Assembly: GCA_010093995.1 (NCBI GenBank) | Contig: ML992513.1 | Coordinates: forward strand, 186,001-228,773 | Direction: 5' to 3' | Source of the DNA: Elsinoe ampelina | Lineage: Eukaryota | Length of the DNA: 42,773 nucleotides | Shown: one piece after another, positions 11,897 through 22,489 of the stretch | Layout of the letters: the number at the start of each line of letters is the position of its first letter | How positions within the stretch are numbered: the stretch's first letter is position 1 | Notes under the pieces: model-generated | Seen by the model: only the letters and a program-made list of their open reading frames with translations | The model's database searches: none | Told to the model about the DNA's origin: nothing | Made by a program: the position numbers and the translations under genes

Positions 11897-12287
11897 ATGC
11901 ACCTCCCCTCACCCCTCCCCCTCTTCTCCCTCCTCATCCTCCTACTCCACCCTCTCCTCACCACCTCCTTCCCCCTCAACCCCAAAAAGCCCACCGTCAA
12001 CACCCCTCCAATCCAGCCTCGGCACCGCCCACCCCAATCTCCCCATCTCCGTCGCCCAACAAACCCCCGGCAAAGCCCCCATCGATACCACCAAGCTCCA
12101 ACCCAATTCCGGTCCGATAGATTACTCCAAAGACATCGGCCCCAGCCAGGTGCAGCCGTACAAGGGTGCGCCGATGCAGGATGTGCCCAAAGGACCGGTG
12201 ATTCCGCCGCCGATGCCGGGGCAGGAGGGGTTGCATCCCGCCTTCAGGACTAAAGCGGAGGCGGCGCCGGGGGAGTACTATCCGTGA
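11897..12287 (+). pseudogene. Small secreted Pro-rich protein with an apparent 1-nt insertion at the C-run 12003-12006 (pseudogene or sequencing error)
   Basis: Signal peptide MHLPSPLPLFSLLILLLHPLLTTS. Removing one C gives a 129-aa frame (...VNTLQSSLGTAHPNLPISVAQQTPGKAPIDTTKLQPNSGPIDYSKD...EAAPGEYYP*) that keeps C/G-ending codons. The uncorrected frame stops at 12253. Confidence 0.55.
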
Positions 12288-12371
12288 GGTGAAGAGGGGG
12301 ACGGTGTCAGGGTAGGGCTGGTGAACTGGCGTACGTAGACTGATCTGCTCTGAGGGACAAGGAGGAACGGA

Positions 12372-14371
12372 CTACCACATGAACCTCTGCACCCTCCCGG
12401 GTTCTTGCTTCCACTCGAACCCCATGAAGAGAAACACGTACCCCGTGAGTCCGTTGATGAGCAAGAACCACACCGTCTCGTACCATAGCCGCTGGTCGTG
12501 GTCGTCCCATAATGAGTCCTTGAGTCGCCCGAGGAGGCTTTTCTCTTTGGCGACTTTCTCGCGACGTTTCCGCTCTTTATCATCCATGATGGACGGGGAA
12601 GCCTGGGGGACCCGTAGCCGCCACATGAGCCAGGGGAGGATGAAGTACCGCGGCTCTACGAGGGGGGCGGTAATGAGCTGGAGGGCTGAGGTGGTGAGCC
12701 AGATGAGGACGAAGCTGACGGGTGCGCCTTCGCCGGCGACTGCGTGGTTGAGGCGGAGGGGTTGGGTGGGTGGTGGACCGGCTTTTTCAGGTGGTTCGAT
12801 GCGGCTGGCTTTGGGGATTGGGCTGCCTTTGCCTCCGTCTGTGTCGAAGGTGAGTCTAGCGGGCGCTCCGAGACTTTGGATAATGGCCCATGCGCCCATG
12901 TAGTAGAGGGGAATGACGAGGAATTTGACGCCTTTGTAGCGGGTGAGCAAACGGAAGACGTAGAACATGTAATGTCTGTTGTCGGCTAGGGTGAAGGGGT
13001 GGACGATGGTGTTGTAGTAGATGACCACGCCTGCTATGACGGCGAAGAATACCATCAGGCCTGGTCTGGGGAGGATCTTCTTGCGTTTGAACATGAGTTG
13101 ATATTCCAGCGGTCCGATGAGTGGCATCGCCCCAAGTAGGCCGAATATTCCTTGCAGGAGATACGGGTACGTGAGCGGAAAGGAGAAGAAAGTCATGTAC
13201 GGCCAGATGTAGAGCATCTGAGGCAAGTGAATAGTCGCAACATGATTAGACTTGTCCCCTGCACGACATCAGTGGAGCTCGCAACTATGAACTAGATGCG
13301 TACCAAGCACAACACCACCATTCCAGGCCACAAAAGCGCCAAACCCAGCAAGGATGACGCCGTATGGTATAAGCGAACGCACAACCTTGAGGTATGCCCA
13401 TCGTCCTTTCAAAGTGACCCGAACAGCTTCCACCAGTCGACTGGCCAGTGAAATGACGAAGAAGAAGTATTCTGTACTTACCATGAGCGCTGCTCCTGTC
13501 AGACATGGAGCTACTTACCGTCTGCATATGACTCTCGTACGGGCGGATCGGAAAGAGTTTCACCATGCTCATGGTCTTCAAGGCCGACATCGATGCGGCT
13601 GACCAGCAAAATTGCAGCAGGAAACACGGACACCCAAAAGATGTTGGTCTGCCGGAAGGTCAAAGTGATCAGTCCAAGGATGACTATGTTGACATGTTGC
13701 AACAGTGTAGGCTCTCCTTTCTCATGCACCGTCAGAAAGTAGTTCCAGAAGAGTAAGACTGAGACAACAGCGGCGATGTCAGTATAGTAAAGTGCTGAGA
13801 AGAAGAAAAGAGGCGGAAAGAGGCAGATATTGAACGCCGCATGAAGTTGGTGAATAGAAAAAGCGGAGAGTGTTGTCGCAGCTTTCTGGGTCCCCTCTCG
13901 TTTCGTCGAATCGCGGCGAAGCTTGCCTCGACCGAGCTGTGTGTCTAGATCAAGCACCAAGAGTATGAGACATGGCAGCAGTAACGCATTGATCAGGCGA
14001 AGGCCTCCTAGTGAAGAGAACCCAGTGACCTTGGCAAGGATTGTGGACAGCACATACCTGCCCCGGTCAGCAATTGAAGACAAGGGCATCCCTGAAGACA
14101 TACAAGCCAGGTGGTGTTGTGATCTTTGGATCCCATTCAAAGTATTTGCCCTCCAGGTACTTATTCGCCTGGCCAACGTGGAATTCTTCGTCCTGGACAG
14201 TCAGCACTTGTCAATGATGAGCCTATGTAAACATACCAGATACGGTTCTGTCACGACCTCGTTGATTACACCTGACCAAACCCCGATCAAAATCCCCAGT
14301 ATTGCAATTACTGACCAGGTAGCCACGGACCAGACGGGCGATGGTCGAGCTTGTACTTCTTCTATAGGCAT
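12372..14371 (-). CDS. ALG10: Alpha-1,2-glucosyltransferase Alg10/Die2; exons 14371-14237, 14192-14104, 14057-13519, 13471-13304, 13258-12372
   Basis: The spliced product has [72 protein letters not shown] and a terminal QRFMW. Four canonical 44-47 nt introns restore the frame. Confidence 0.96.
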
Positions 14372-14697
14372 TGCTTTGGCAACAATGCTACTTGATGTAC
14401 GGTTCAGGTTCCATTGATTGAGAGGTGGAATGCCGTGTCGGCTTTGATTGAAAGGGGTTGTTTCTTTAAAGCAAGCCAATTTTCTGAGCCTGAAGAGGTC
14501 GATGATGGCAGTGGCAGACAGCTCCTCCGAGCAAGGATTTGAGCCGCAGACGTATCCTGCGCGCTCAGCATGAGTCACGCCAAGGGTTCGGGTCATTGAC
14601 ATGAATCGCGCACGCAGTGCTTGCATCAATCATCAAAAGCTTCGTTCGTTTACTGTATCATCAACAGCCGTCAAGCATCGCAAAACGAGGTCAATGG

Positions 14698-16713
14698 CTA
14701 CACAAACACCATCTCGGCCGCTGCTCTATGCTGCTTACTCTTTGCCAGAATCAACACCATAGACTTATTCAGCTCCGGCACACGCTTCTCCTCAGGCTTG
14801 ACCTGCTTCCAGTCTACATCCATCGTCTCCTCCATCTCGACAGTCCACTGCCCATCTGCAACCTTGACGCCCTTGACCTCGCTGCCATCGACAAACACCC
14901 TGACACTGACCACGTCGTCTCCTGAGACTGTACCGTCCAGGTAAATTTTCTTCTTGTCTGCGATCATCTCCGCTTTGGCATCCGTCACTTTCAAGGTCGG
15001 CACTGGGCCTTCCAGCTTTCCTTGCTTCTCATCCACAGCCACTGCATCTGTCGTCAACTCTGGCGTCCTCTTTGGAGCTGATCTGAGACTGGTCCCCTTC
15101 TCGAACGCATAGGCGTATCTGAAAAGCTGATTGTCCTCGTATGACTTCCCAGCAAAGGTAAGGTTCACAGGCATTCCGATGTCAGCCATGATGCCCATAG
15201 GTACACTGACAGTTGGTATGCCGAGCTGTCGGATAGCACAATTCCCGTTCGAGTACAGCGTTCCATTACGCCATGCCTCGGCAGCTGAGTCTTCGTTAGT
15301 GTCAGCATCAGCCTTTCCGACGTCCGCATTACACGGCCAAACGACGGCGTCCAGACCAAGACTGTCAATCCAGTCCTCGTAGTCGCTCTTGCGCTTAGTC
15401 TCCAGGTTCTGTAGCGCAGTTGACAAGCCTGGTATCTCGTAGATAGGTACGCGACCACCGGACACATGCGCAACCACTTCGTTGTGCCGGACTAGCGGGT
15501 CCATGCTGTCGTAGCGGTCGAGGAGAGCACCTGGTGGTCGCGGGAAGATACTACCAGAGTCGATCTGAGCAAGCGAGGTAGCAACATTGGCGTCCTTGGT
15601 GCCGGCCAGGAAGTCGTCCCAAGCATACGCCATTAGCTTGCCCATGTCGACCTCATTCCGATGCGGCGGCGCAGCGCTCTCATCCTGGCCCTCAACCGCG
15701 TCGAATTTGTTCACGACCGGGAAGTCTACCTCTTCGACAGCAGCACCCAGCGACTCGAGCGCCACCTTCGCCTTCTTCCACAGCTCAATGACGGATGGTC
15801 GAGTGTAGACCTTCCGCGACTTTGGGTCCGAGTCCTGACCGCCAATGTACATCTTGGGCACACCGATCTTCTTGCCCGCCAAAGCACCTGCGTCAGCCAG
15901 ATCCGAATACGACTTTGGCCGAACCCTGTCAACCGACGGAAGCTTGACAAAAGGCTGACCCCTCCAAAAGTCTCCTTCCTTAATCTCATCCTCAACCACA
16001 ATAACATCCAGCAGCGCAAACATATCCTCCACCGTCCTCGTATGCGGCACCACCACATCACACGTCGGAAACAGCGGCCAGTTCCCTCTGATCGAAATAA
16101 CCCCCCTGGACGGCGTATACGCCACCAACCCATTATTCGACGCCGGACTCCTCCCACTCGAAATCGTCTCCTCCCCCATGCCAAAAACGCCCATACTCGC
16201 CGCCGTGGCCGTCGCACTCCCATTCGAACTCCCACTAGCAAACGCAGCCGTCAACCACTCCGCATTGTACGGACTCTCGGCCCTACCATACACACCCCTC
16301 TGCATCCCCCCGGCCGCCATGGGGGGCATATTCGTCCTCCCCAGGATCACGGCCCCGGCTTCCTTGATGCGCGCCACGGTGAAGGCGTCCTCGTCCGCCA
16401 CCAGGTCTTGGAACGCAGGACTCCCCGCCGCGCACGTCATGCCGGCGATTTTGTACGAGTCTTTGATCGTGCAGGGGATGCCGTCGAGTGGGCCGAGGGG
16501 GTGGCCGGAGGCGCGGCGGGCGTCGGATGCCGCGGCGGCGGAGAGCGCGGTGGGGTTGAGGATCGGGATGGCGTTGAGGAGGGGCCCGCGGCGGTCGTAT
16601 TTGGCGATGCGGAGGAGGGAGGATACGGTGAGTTCGGTGGAGGTGGTGTGCCCTGCTGCGAGGGCGGTGGAGAGATCGGAGATGGTGGCTTCGACGATGG
16701 AGAGGGGGGCCAT
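14698..16713 (-). CDS. Amidase-signature family enzyme (671 aa, intronless)
   Basis: GPLDGIPCTIKDSY (catalytic Lys), GSSNGS and ETISSGRSPAS form the Ser-cisSer-Lys triad region. There is a C-terminal extension of roughly 110 aa. Confidence 0.93.
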   Translation of the reverse strand: MAPLSIVEATISDLSTALAAGHTTSTELTVSSLLRIAKYDRRGPLLNAIPILNPTALSAAAASDARRASGHPLGPLDGIPCTIKDSYKIAGMTCAAGSPAFQDLVADEDAFTVARIKEAGAVILGRTNMPPMAAGGMQRGVYGRAESPYNAEWLTAAFASGSSNGSATATAASMGVFGMGEETISSGRSPASNNGLVAYTPSRGVISIRGNWPLFPTCDVVVPHTRTVEDMFALLDVIVVEDEIKEGDFWRGQPFVKLPSVDRVRPKSYSDLADAGALAGKKIGVPKMYIGGQDSDPKSRKVYTRPSVIELWKKAKVALESLGAAVEEVDFPVVNKFDAVEGQDESAAPPHRNEVDMGKLMAYAWDDFLAGTKDANVATSLAQIDSGSIFPRPPGALLDRYDSMDPLVRHNEVVAHVSGGRVPIYEIPGLSTALQNLETKRKSDYEDWIDSLGLDAVVWPCNADVGKADADTNEDSAAEAWRNGTLYSNGNCAIRQLGIPTVSVPMGIMADIGMPVNLTFAGKSYEDNQLFRYAYAFEKGTSLRSAPKRTPELTTDAVAVDEKQGKLEGPVPTLKVTDAKAEMIADKKKIYLDGTVSGDDVVSVRVFVDGSEVKGVKVADGQWTVEMEETMDVDWKQVKPEEKRVPELNKSMVLILAKSKQHRAAAEMVFV

Positions 16714-16927
16714 GGTGGCGGTTGGGGAGCTGCTGGGGGGGTGGTGGTGGTTGGACTTGCTTGGTGGGAAGGAGGTGGGAGATGGTGAATGAGACCTAAC
16801 TTACTCCTCGTCTTGGGTAAGGGGTTGGGGCTTTCATATACGTCGCAGTCATACCAGTTGGGAAGGGCAATCGTCTTGAGCCCGAGGGGGCGGGTATTTA
16901 CCAGTTGTATCTGTCCCATGGGGTCGG

Positions 16928-17001
16928 AATTAGCAGCTGCTAATTTGCCATCATCAGCTGTTTCTACCAGGTCTGCACCAAAACGACAAATAGCAGCTGC
17001 T
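16928..17001. promoter_or_regulatory. Palindromic CAGCTG elements in the amidase/MFS divergent promoter
   Basis: Perfect 18-bp palindrome AATTAGCAGCTGCTAATT at 16928-16945, CAGCTG at 16955-16960, and TAGCAGCTGCT at 16991-17001. Confidence 0.6.
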
Positions 17002-17188
17002 GAATTGGACGCGGCATCGATATGCAGTGTATCACCGCTCGCAGCAGTCTCGATCGTGGAACACAATCAAGGGCTCTTGGGCTTGGTAATCGGTCTATAT
17101 AGTCCTGCCGATGGACTCGTCTTCACCACTCCTCATCTCTTCAACCACACCCTTCTAATTACTACCACTGCATACAACTACAGCAGCC

Positions 17189-18844
17189 ATGGCCGACCAC
17201 AACCCCGACTTCATCCCCGGCACCGTCCACCTCGTCGACGTCTCCACCCAGCACACCTCCGGCCCCCACTCCACCTCACACTCCGACATCGTCCTCGTCC
17301 CCCAACCATCCTCCGACCCCGAAGACCCCCTGAACTGGACCTACCGCCGCAAGCTCCTCGCCGTGTCCATGTCCTACCTCTACGTCCTGGGCACCGGCAT
17401 CGCCACGTCCCTGCAATACTCCGTCCTCGCCGACATCACCGCCGACACGGGCATCTCGACCGCAGACCTCGTGCAAGGCACCGGCGTCATGTTCCTCTTC
17501 TTCGGGTGGTGCTGTTTGATCTGGCAGCCCATCGCGCTGACGTACGGTCGACGGGGCGTGTACCTCATCACCATGTTCTTGACGATCCCGATTATGGTCT
17601 GGACGGCTTACTCGCGGAGCTTGGGGGATTGGTACGGCCATCGGGTGTTGATTGGGATCGTGGTCAGTCCGATTGAGAGTTTGAGCGAGGTTACGTGCTT
17701 TGACCTGTTCTTCGCGCATAACAGGGGCACGTATATGGGGTTGTATGTGTTTGTGCTGTTTGGGTCGAATTTCTTGGCGCCGCTTGTGGCGGGTTGGTTT
17801 AATGATGCGTATGGCTGGAGGTGGACGATGCATTTGGGGACTATCATCTGCGCGGTGTGTCTGGTAGTTATGTTCTTCTTTCTTGAGGAGACGATCTACT
17901 TCCGCAACACGGCGCTCGAAGGACAGGATGTCAAGAGTGAGGGATCTGTGGGGAGTCAGGTGGAGGGGAAGGCTGGTGTGGTCGCCAAGGATGATGAGTG
18001 GGCGAACGTCCAAACCTTGCCTAAGGAGCAGAGCGTTTCGTCGACCTCAACTACCACGCGACCGAAAAAGACACTCTGGGAGAAGTACGCCCTGTTCCGA
18101 CCTCTTCCAGGCCGACCCAGCAATCGCGACATGCTGAAGATGGGCTACCGACCGCTACTGATGATCTTCAAGTTCCCCAACGTAGCATGGGCTGGCTTTC
18201 TGTATGGTATCAACCTGTCGTGGTACAATGTGCTCAACGGGACGGCGAGTCCGGTCCTGACAGGTGCGCCGTACAACTGGTCTGCCGCACAAGTCGGGTC
18301 CGTGTATGCTGGTCCCATCATCGGCGCAGGCCTGGCGTGTCTCTGGTCTGGCAAAGCAGCGGACTGGCTCGCTCTTCGTCTCGCTCGTCGCAACAAGGGT
18401 ATCCGCGAGGCTGAGCACCGTCTGTGGGTATTGACAGTATCGGGAATCATCTCTGCCGCCGGATTGATTCTCTGGGGCGTTGGCGCATACCGGCAAATTG
18501 AATGGATCGGTCTTGTCTTTGGTCTGGGTATGCTGACCTTTGGCTGCGTCACGGGCGGATCGATCGCTGTGAGTTACAATGTCGACTGCTTCAAGGAGAT
18601 TGCTGGCGAGACGATGGTGTCCATCATGATCATTCGAAACACGATCGGATTTGGCATCAGCTATGGTATCACTCCTTGGTGGACCAACCAAGGGCTGCAG
18701 AACTGCTTCATCACCGCTGCAGCTATCTCATTGGTCTGCACATTCTCTTTCCTGGTCCTGGTAGTTTATGGTAAGAGGCTGAGGAAGTGGTCACTACCGG
18801 CGTACAGCAAGTACATGTCGACCGCAATTGTTGCGCTAGAGTAG
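17189..18844 (+). CDS. MFS transporter, DHA1/Hol1-like (551 aa, intronless)
   Basis: LVPQPSSDPEDPLNW, YGRRGVY, DLFFAHNRG, GWRW, FFFLEET and REAEHRLW motifs, with about 12 hydrophobic segments. Confidence 0.93.
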   Translation: MADHNPDFIPGTVHLVDVSTQHTSGPHSTSHSDIVLVPQPSSDPEDPLNWTYRRKLLAVSMSYLYVLGTGIATSLQYSVLADITADTGISTADLVQGTGVMFLFFGWCCLIWQPIALTYGRRGVYLITMFLTIPIMVWTAYSRSLGDWYGHRVLIGIVVSPIESLSEVTCFDLFFAHNRGTYMGLYVFVLFGSNFLAPLVAGWFNDAYGWRWTMHLGTIICAVCLVVMFFFLEETIYFRNTALEGQDVKSEGSVGSQVEGKAGVVAKDDEWANVQTLPKEQSVSSTSTTTRPKKTLWEKYALFRPLPGRPSNRDMLKMGYRPLLMIFKFPNVAWAGFLYGINLSWYNVLNGTASPVLTGAPYNWSAAQVGSVYAGPIIGAGLACLWSGKAADWLALRLARRNKGIREAEHRLWVLTVSGIISAAGLILWGVGAYRQIEWIGLVFGLGMLTFGCVTGGSIAVSYNVDCFKEIAGETMVSIMIIRNTIGFGISYGITPWWTNQGLQNCFITAAAISLVCTFSFLVLVVYGKRLRKWSLPAYSKYMSTAIVALE

Positions 18845-18888
18845 ATATTTGTCGTTCTTGTCCTTCATTACGATAGAGTAGTTTTGTA

Positions 18889-20363
18889 TTATGAGGTAGC
18901 CTGGGCTAGAATGAGCAATCGATCGCCAGCTGCTGCTGCTGCGGGTATGACATCCTTCAAGTTCTTGACAAGGTCTGCAAGGAAGATGATTAGTCGTCTT
19001 GCTTCTGATCTGTATTGGCCGTTGTCATATTGTGAAGCATTGGAAAGCATGTGACCGACACCGAGTAGCTGATGGACAATCTGACTACCAGCGACCTTGA
19101 ACATAATGAGAGGGGCAGCCGTGAGTTCTTGTAGAAAGCTCTCGGCCACTTCCATGACTTCGCGAGCAGGGGCTTGACAGTACAGAAGTGCCATAATCGT
19201 GACGAGCGTCTCGGTGCAGCTAATCTGGACGGCCATGTAGTTGCAGCGTTTACTGTTGAAACCGCGCTCTGGATGTTTGAGGTCGTTGAGGGTATGTGAC
19301 TTGCTGGATTTCAACCGCGCGAGACTATCAAGCAGCATAGTAAGGGATGGTCGGTCACAAAATATAGCAAGAATGGCTTTGCGAGTCTTGCAGGCGCGAA
19401 GACCGAACATGGCATACTCGAGCAGCCGAAAGAGGTCGGTGATGTAGTCCCAGCCGACAGTCCAGGTTTGTGTCTCTGCATCCATCATGGGAGTGGTGCG
19501 CGGGTAAAAGACGGAGACCTGTGCTTCCGGCATACGTATGATATGACCGAAGACGCAAGCAGAGTGGATCTCAAGACGGTATGCGCACCAGAAGAGTCGC
19601 CTGCGATCGTCCACTTCTGCCAAGGAGATGTTGCTCGGCCATCGACTTTCGTCATGGAAGCCATACTCGGCCACCAGTGCATGATATCTGCCCAGGTAGT
19701 GGTGAAGATTACGATTGTCACCACACTGGAGAGCATAGACTGTCAGCAATCCGAAGACGCGCAGATAGTCAAAGTCTTGTGGGAACGAAGGCGACAGTCT
19801 CGACACGGCTTCTTCAAAATAGATGTGACTGTCTGGTAGTGGTGAGCCCTCTAGCAAAGAGTCATCGAAGACAGCCTCGAGTTCCGCAGTGTGTGCACTG
19901 ACAGCACACAAAGCCATGAGAACAATATACGAGGGCTCTTCTGGACTGGGTATGCTGTCCTCCCAACGAGTAGATAGATCCTTCTCGGGCAGAAAGGGAA
20001 AACTTAACGTGCATTAGCAGCCAACGTTATGCATGACTATCGCACGGAGACCTACTAGCATTGGTACATGGTGTCGCGATATATCCTGGTCAGTCTACGC
20101 ACTGTCTGCAACGAGAAGTGGTCAACAGGCTGAGGGCTGGAAACGTCGGAGAGGACCTCGACGATCAAAGACTTCGGCTTCCTGCCTCGTTTCCCGGCAG
20201 GGCGGTCCTGCGTACACTTGACTCCATAGTCGACGCATGTGAGGCAGCCCGGGAGAGTCGTCCCAGACTCGCTTGTGGGTCTGCGACATCTCAAGCCCCT
20301 GGCATGACAGAAATCGCATGCACGTGAGGCTCGCTGCCGTGGCCGATTGCTAGCCCTCGGCAT
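18889..20363 (-). CDS. Zn(II)2Cys6 transcription factor with fungal-specific TF domain; exons 20363-20056, 20002-18889
   Basis: ACDFCHARGLRC...CLTCVDYGVKC zinc cluster. Intron 20003-20055 joins to MYQCYFPFL. The middle-homology motif DDRRRLFWCAYRLE is present. Confidence 0.92.
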
Positions 20364-20893
20364 CGTGGAGGCCTGATATCAGAGCTCTTTTTGAATGCAT
20401 GCTCGTCGACCAGGAGCAAAGCAAATAGCAGCGGGTATATAAGAAGTGGATAGATGTGATAAGGGGGATTGAGCAGCTGATAAGTACCTGTACCATAATT
20501 CAGAGCGGTTCAACTGTTGATTGAAGTAACAGGAACGACTGCGGTCAAGGACATTTGAGCCATTCCCCTTTTGGCCAAGCCGCGGTCATATCCGCGTTGA
20601 TCCGAACTCGTGGAACGACTCCGAACCAAGAGCCTAGGGCGATGAATGATCACCCCACGTCAGTCTCCACGCGGGCTTGCTCCCAGCCCTCTGCTTAGCT
20701 TTCTCCGACATCAACTTTGGGGCAGCTTCTCGTGTACGGACTGGTCTTGATCAAGGTGCGGGTTGCTGGATTTCAGGCGGGAACGACGCGACTCATTTGA
20801 GCTCTCTATGCGGTCCCGACCAAGCTGACATCCGCCATGTTACCAGCCTGACCGAGGACTGGCTTGAAGAACGACTCTCTTTGACTACATGCA

Positions 20894-22489
20894 ATGAACG
20901 CATTGAATATAATATCCGGCTTAGGCTCAAGCCCATCCTCTCCCTCGCGATCGCGAACATCATCGCTAGCAGTAACAAACACCCCAGAGCATGAAGCAGA
21001 GTCAGATGCGACAAGCGCATTCCCGGAAAAGAGTGGGGACATACACGACCAGCATGAGGCTACCCCGAGCGACGATGAAAAGACACCTCTGATACACTCT
21101 GAGCTGAAGGTCCAAGGCCAAAGCCCGCCTCCGAAGTCATGGCGCTTGATACCGAAGAGAATCGCCGACGCGATAGTCACGTCGGTCCGAGTGGTTATCA
21201 CCACCATCCTCGCGCCGGCCACCTATGTTGTCGCCTGTTTCTATGATAGTGACGGCAACTTTAGCGCCATGCTCCCGATTCGTCGCCTCTACCGTCTCTC
21301 ACCTCGGAAACGAAGACGAAAGTCGCACGCCAGTCCTGTTCCTCCTGCCGACGAAGACTTCTCCACGAAGCCCAGACAACGACCGAAACGACAATCCAGC
21401 ACATTTGCAGCAGCACCAGCCGCCGAGTCAAGTGACGGCTTCAAGTCAGAGTCCTCCGACGGCGACGTGGCATCTGATGATAGTCCGGCGCGAAACACAC
21501 GAAGCAAGACCGCTCAAACAACCACAGAAGAAGCTCCCCGGCGCAGTACCCGTATCACAATAGAAGCCAACTCTAAGAGAGGGCACCGGTCCAACAAATC
21601 AATAGCAACAGACGACGACCGCATAGCAGCAGTCGCCAACGCCCTGAAATCCCCTTCCTCTCCAGCAACAAAGCTCAAATACCCGCGCGCTCCAGCACCA
21701 CCTCGGCCACTCGTACCACGACGACAGCCAAGCTATGCCAACCTCTACAGTCCCGACGCGCCAAAGAAGACCTTGATCCTCGACCTAGACGAAACTCTAA
21801 TCCACAGCATGGCGAAAGGCGGCAGAATGAGCACCGGCCACATGGTAGAAGTCAAATTCCAAGGGCCCGTAGCAGGCGGCGGCATGGTCCTCGGCCCCCA
21901 AGTGCCCATCCTGTACTACGTCCACGAACGACCTCACTGCCACGAATTCCTACGCAAAGTGAGTCCCCAACCATCCCCGTCCCCATGCCTTCCCGCTACC
22001 TTCTCCCACCATGCGCCTCCCTCTTCTCACCAAGGTACACTGTGTTAACGACCTCAGGTCTGCAAATGGTTCAAACTCATCGTCTTCACCGCCTCTGTGC
22101 AAGAATACGCCGACCCTGTCATCGACTGGCTGGAACGTGAGAGAGCCTACTTCGTGGGCCGCTACTACCGCCAACACTGCACGTTCCGCAACGGGGCTTA
22201 CATCAAGGATTTGAGCCAGGTGGAGCCGGATCTCAGCAAGGTTATGATTTTGGATAATAGTCCGATGAGTTATATCTTTCATGAAGGTAGGTCCTCTTGA
22301 TATAAGAATGTGGTGTATGGTGGACTAGCCTGACGAGAGATAGATAATGCCATACCGATAGAGGGGTGGATCTCGGATCCGACGGATAATGACCTCTTAC
22401 ATCTGGTCCCGTTTCTGGAGGGGTTGCAGTATGTAACGGATGTCCGGGCTCTATTGGCGTTGAGGATGGGACAGACGGAGAGGTCGTGA
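20894..22489 (+). CDS. NEM1: Nem1-like NIF/CTD-family phosphatase; exons 20894-21958, 22058-22286, 22344-22489
   Basis: KKTLILDLDETLIHS (DxDxT), YYVHERPHCHEFL, VFTASVQEYADPVIDWLE, YIKDLS, ILDNSP, and spliced HEDNAIPIEGWISDPTD. It has an N-terminal hydrophobic segment. Confidence 0.9.

Noticed and set aside
15661..17676. Long + strand ORFs (375, 204 and 295 aa) overlapping the amidase and the MFS start
   Set aside because: Antisense or alternative-frame by-products of the skewed codon usage, with low-complexity Arg/Pro/His translations.
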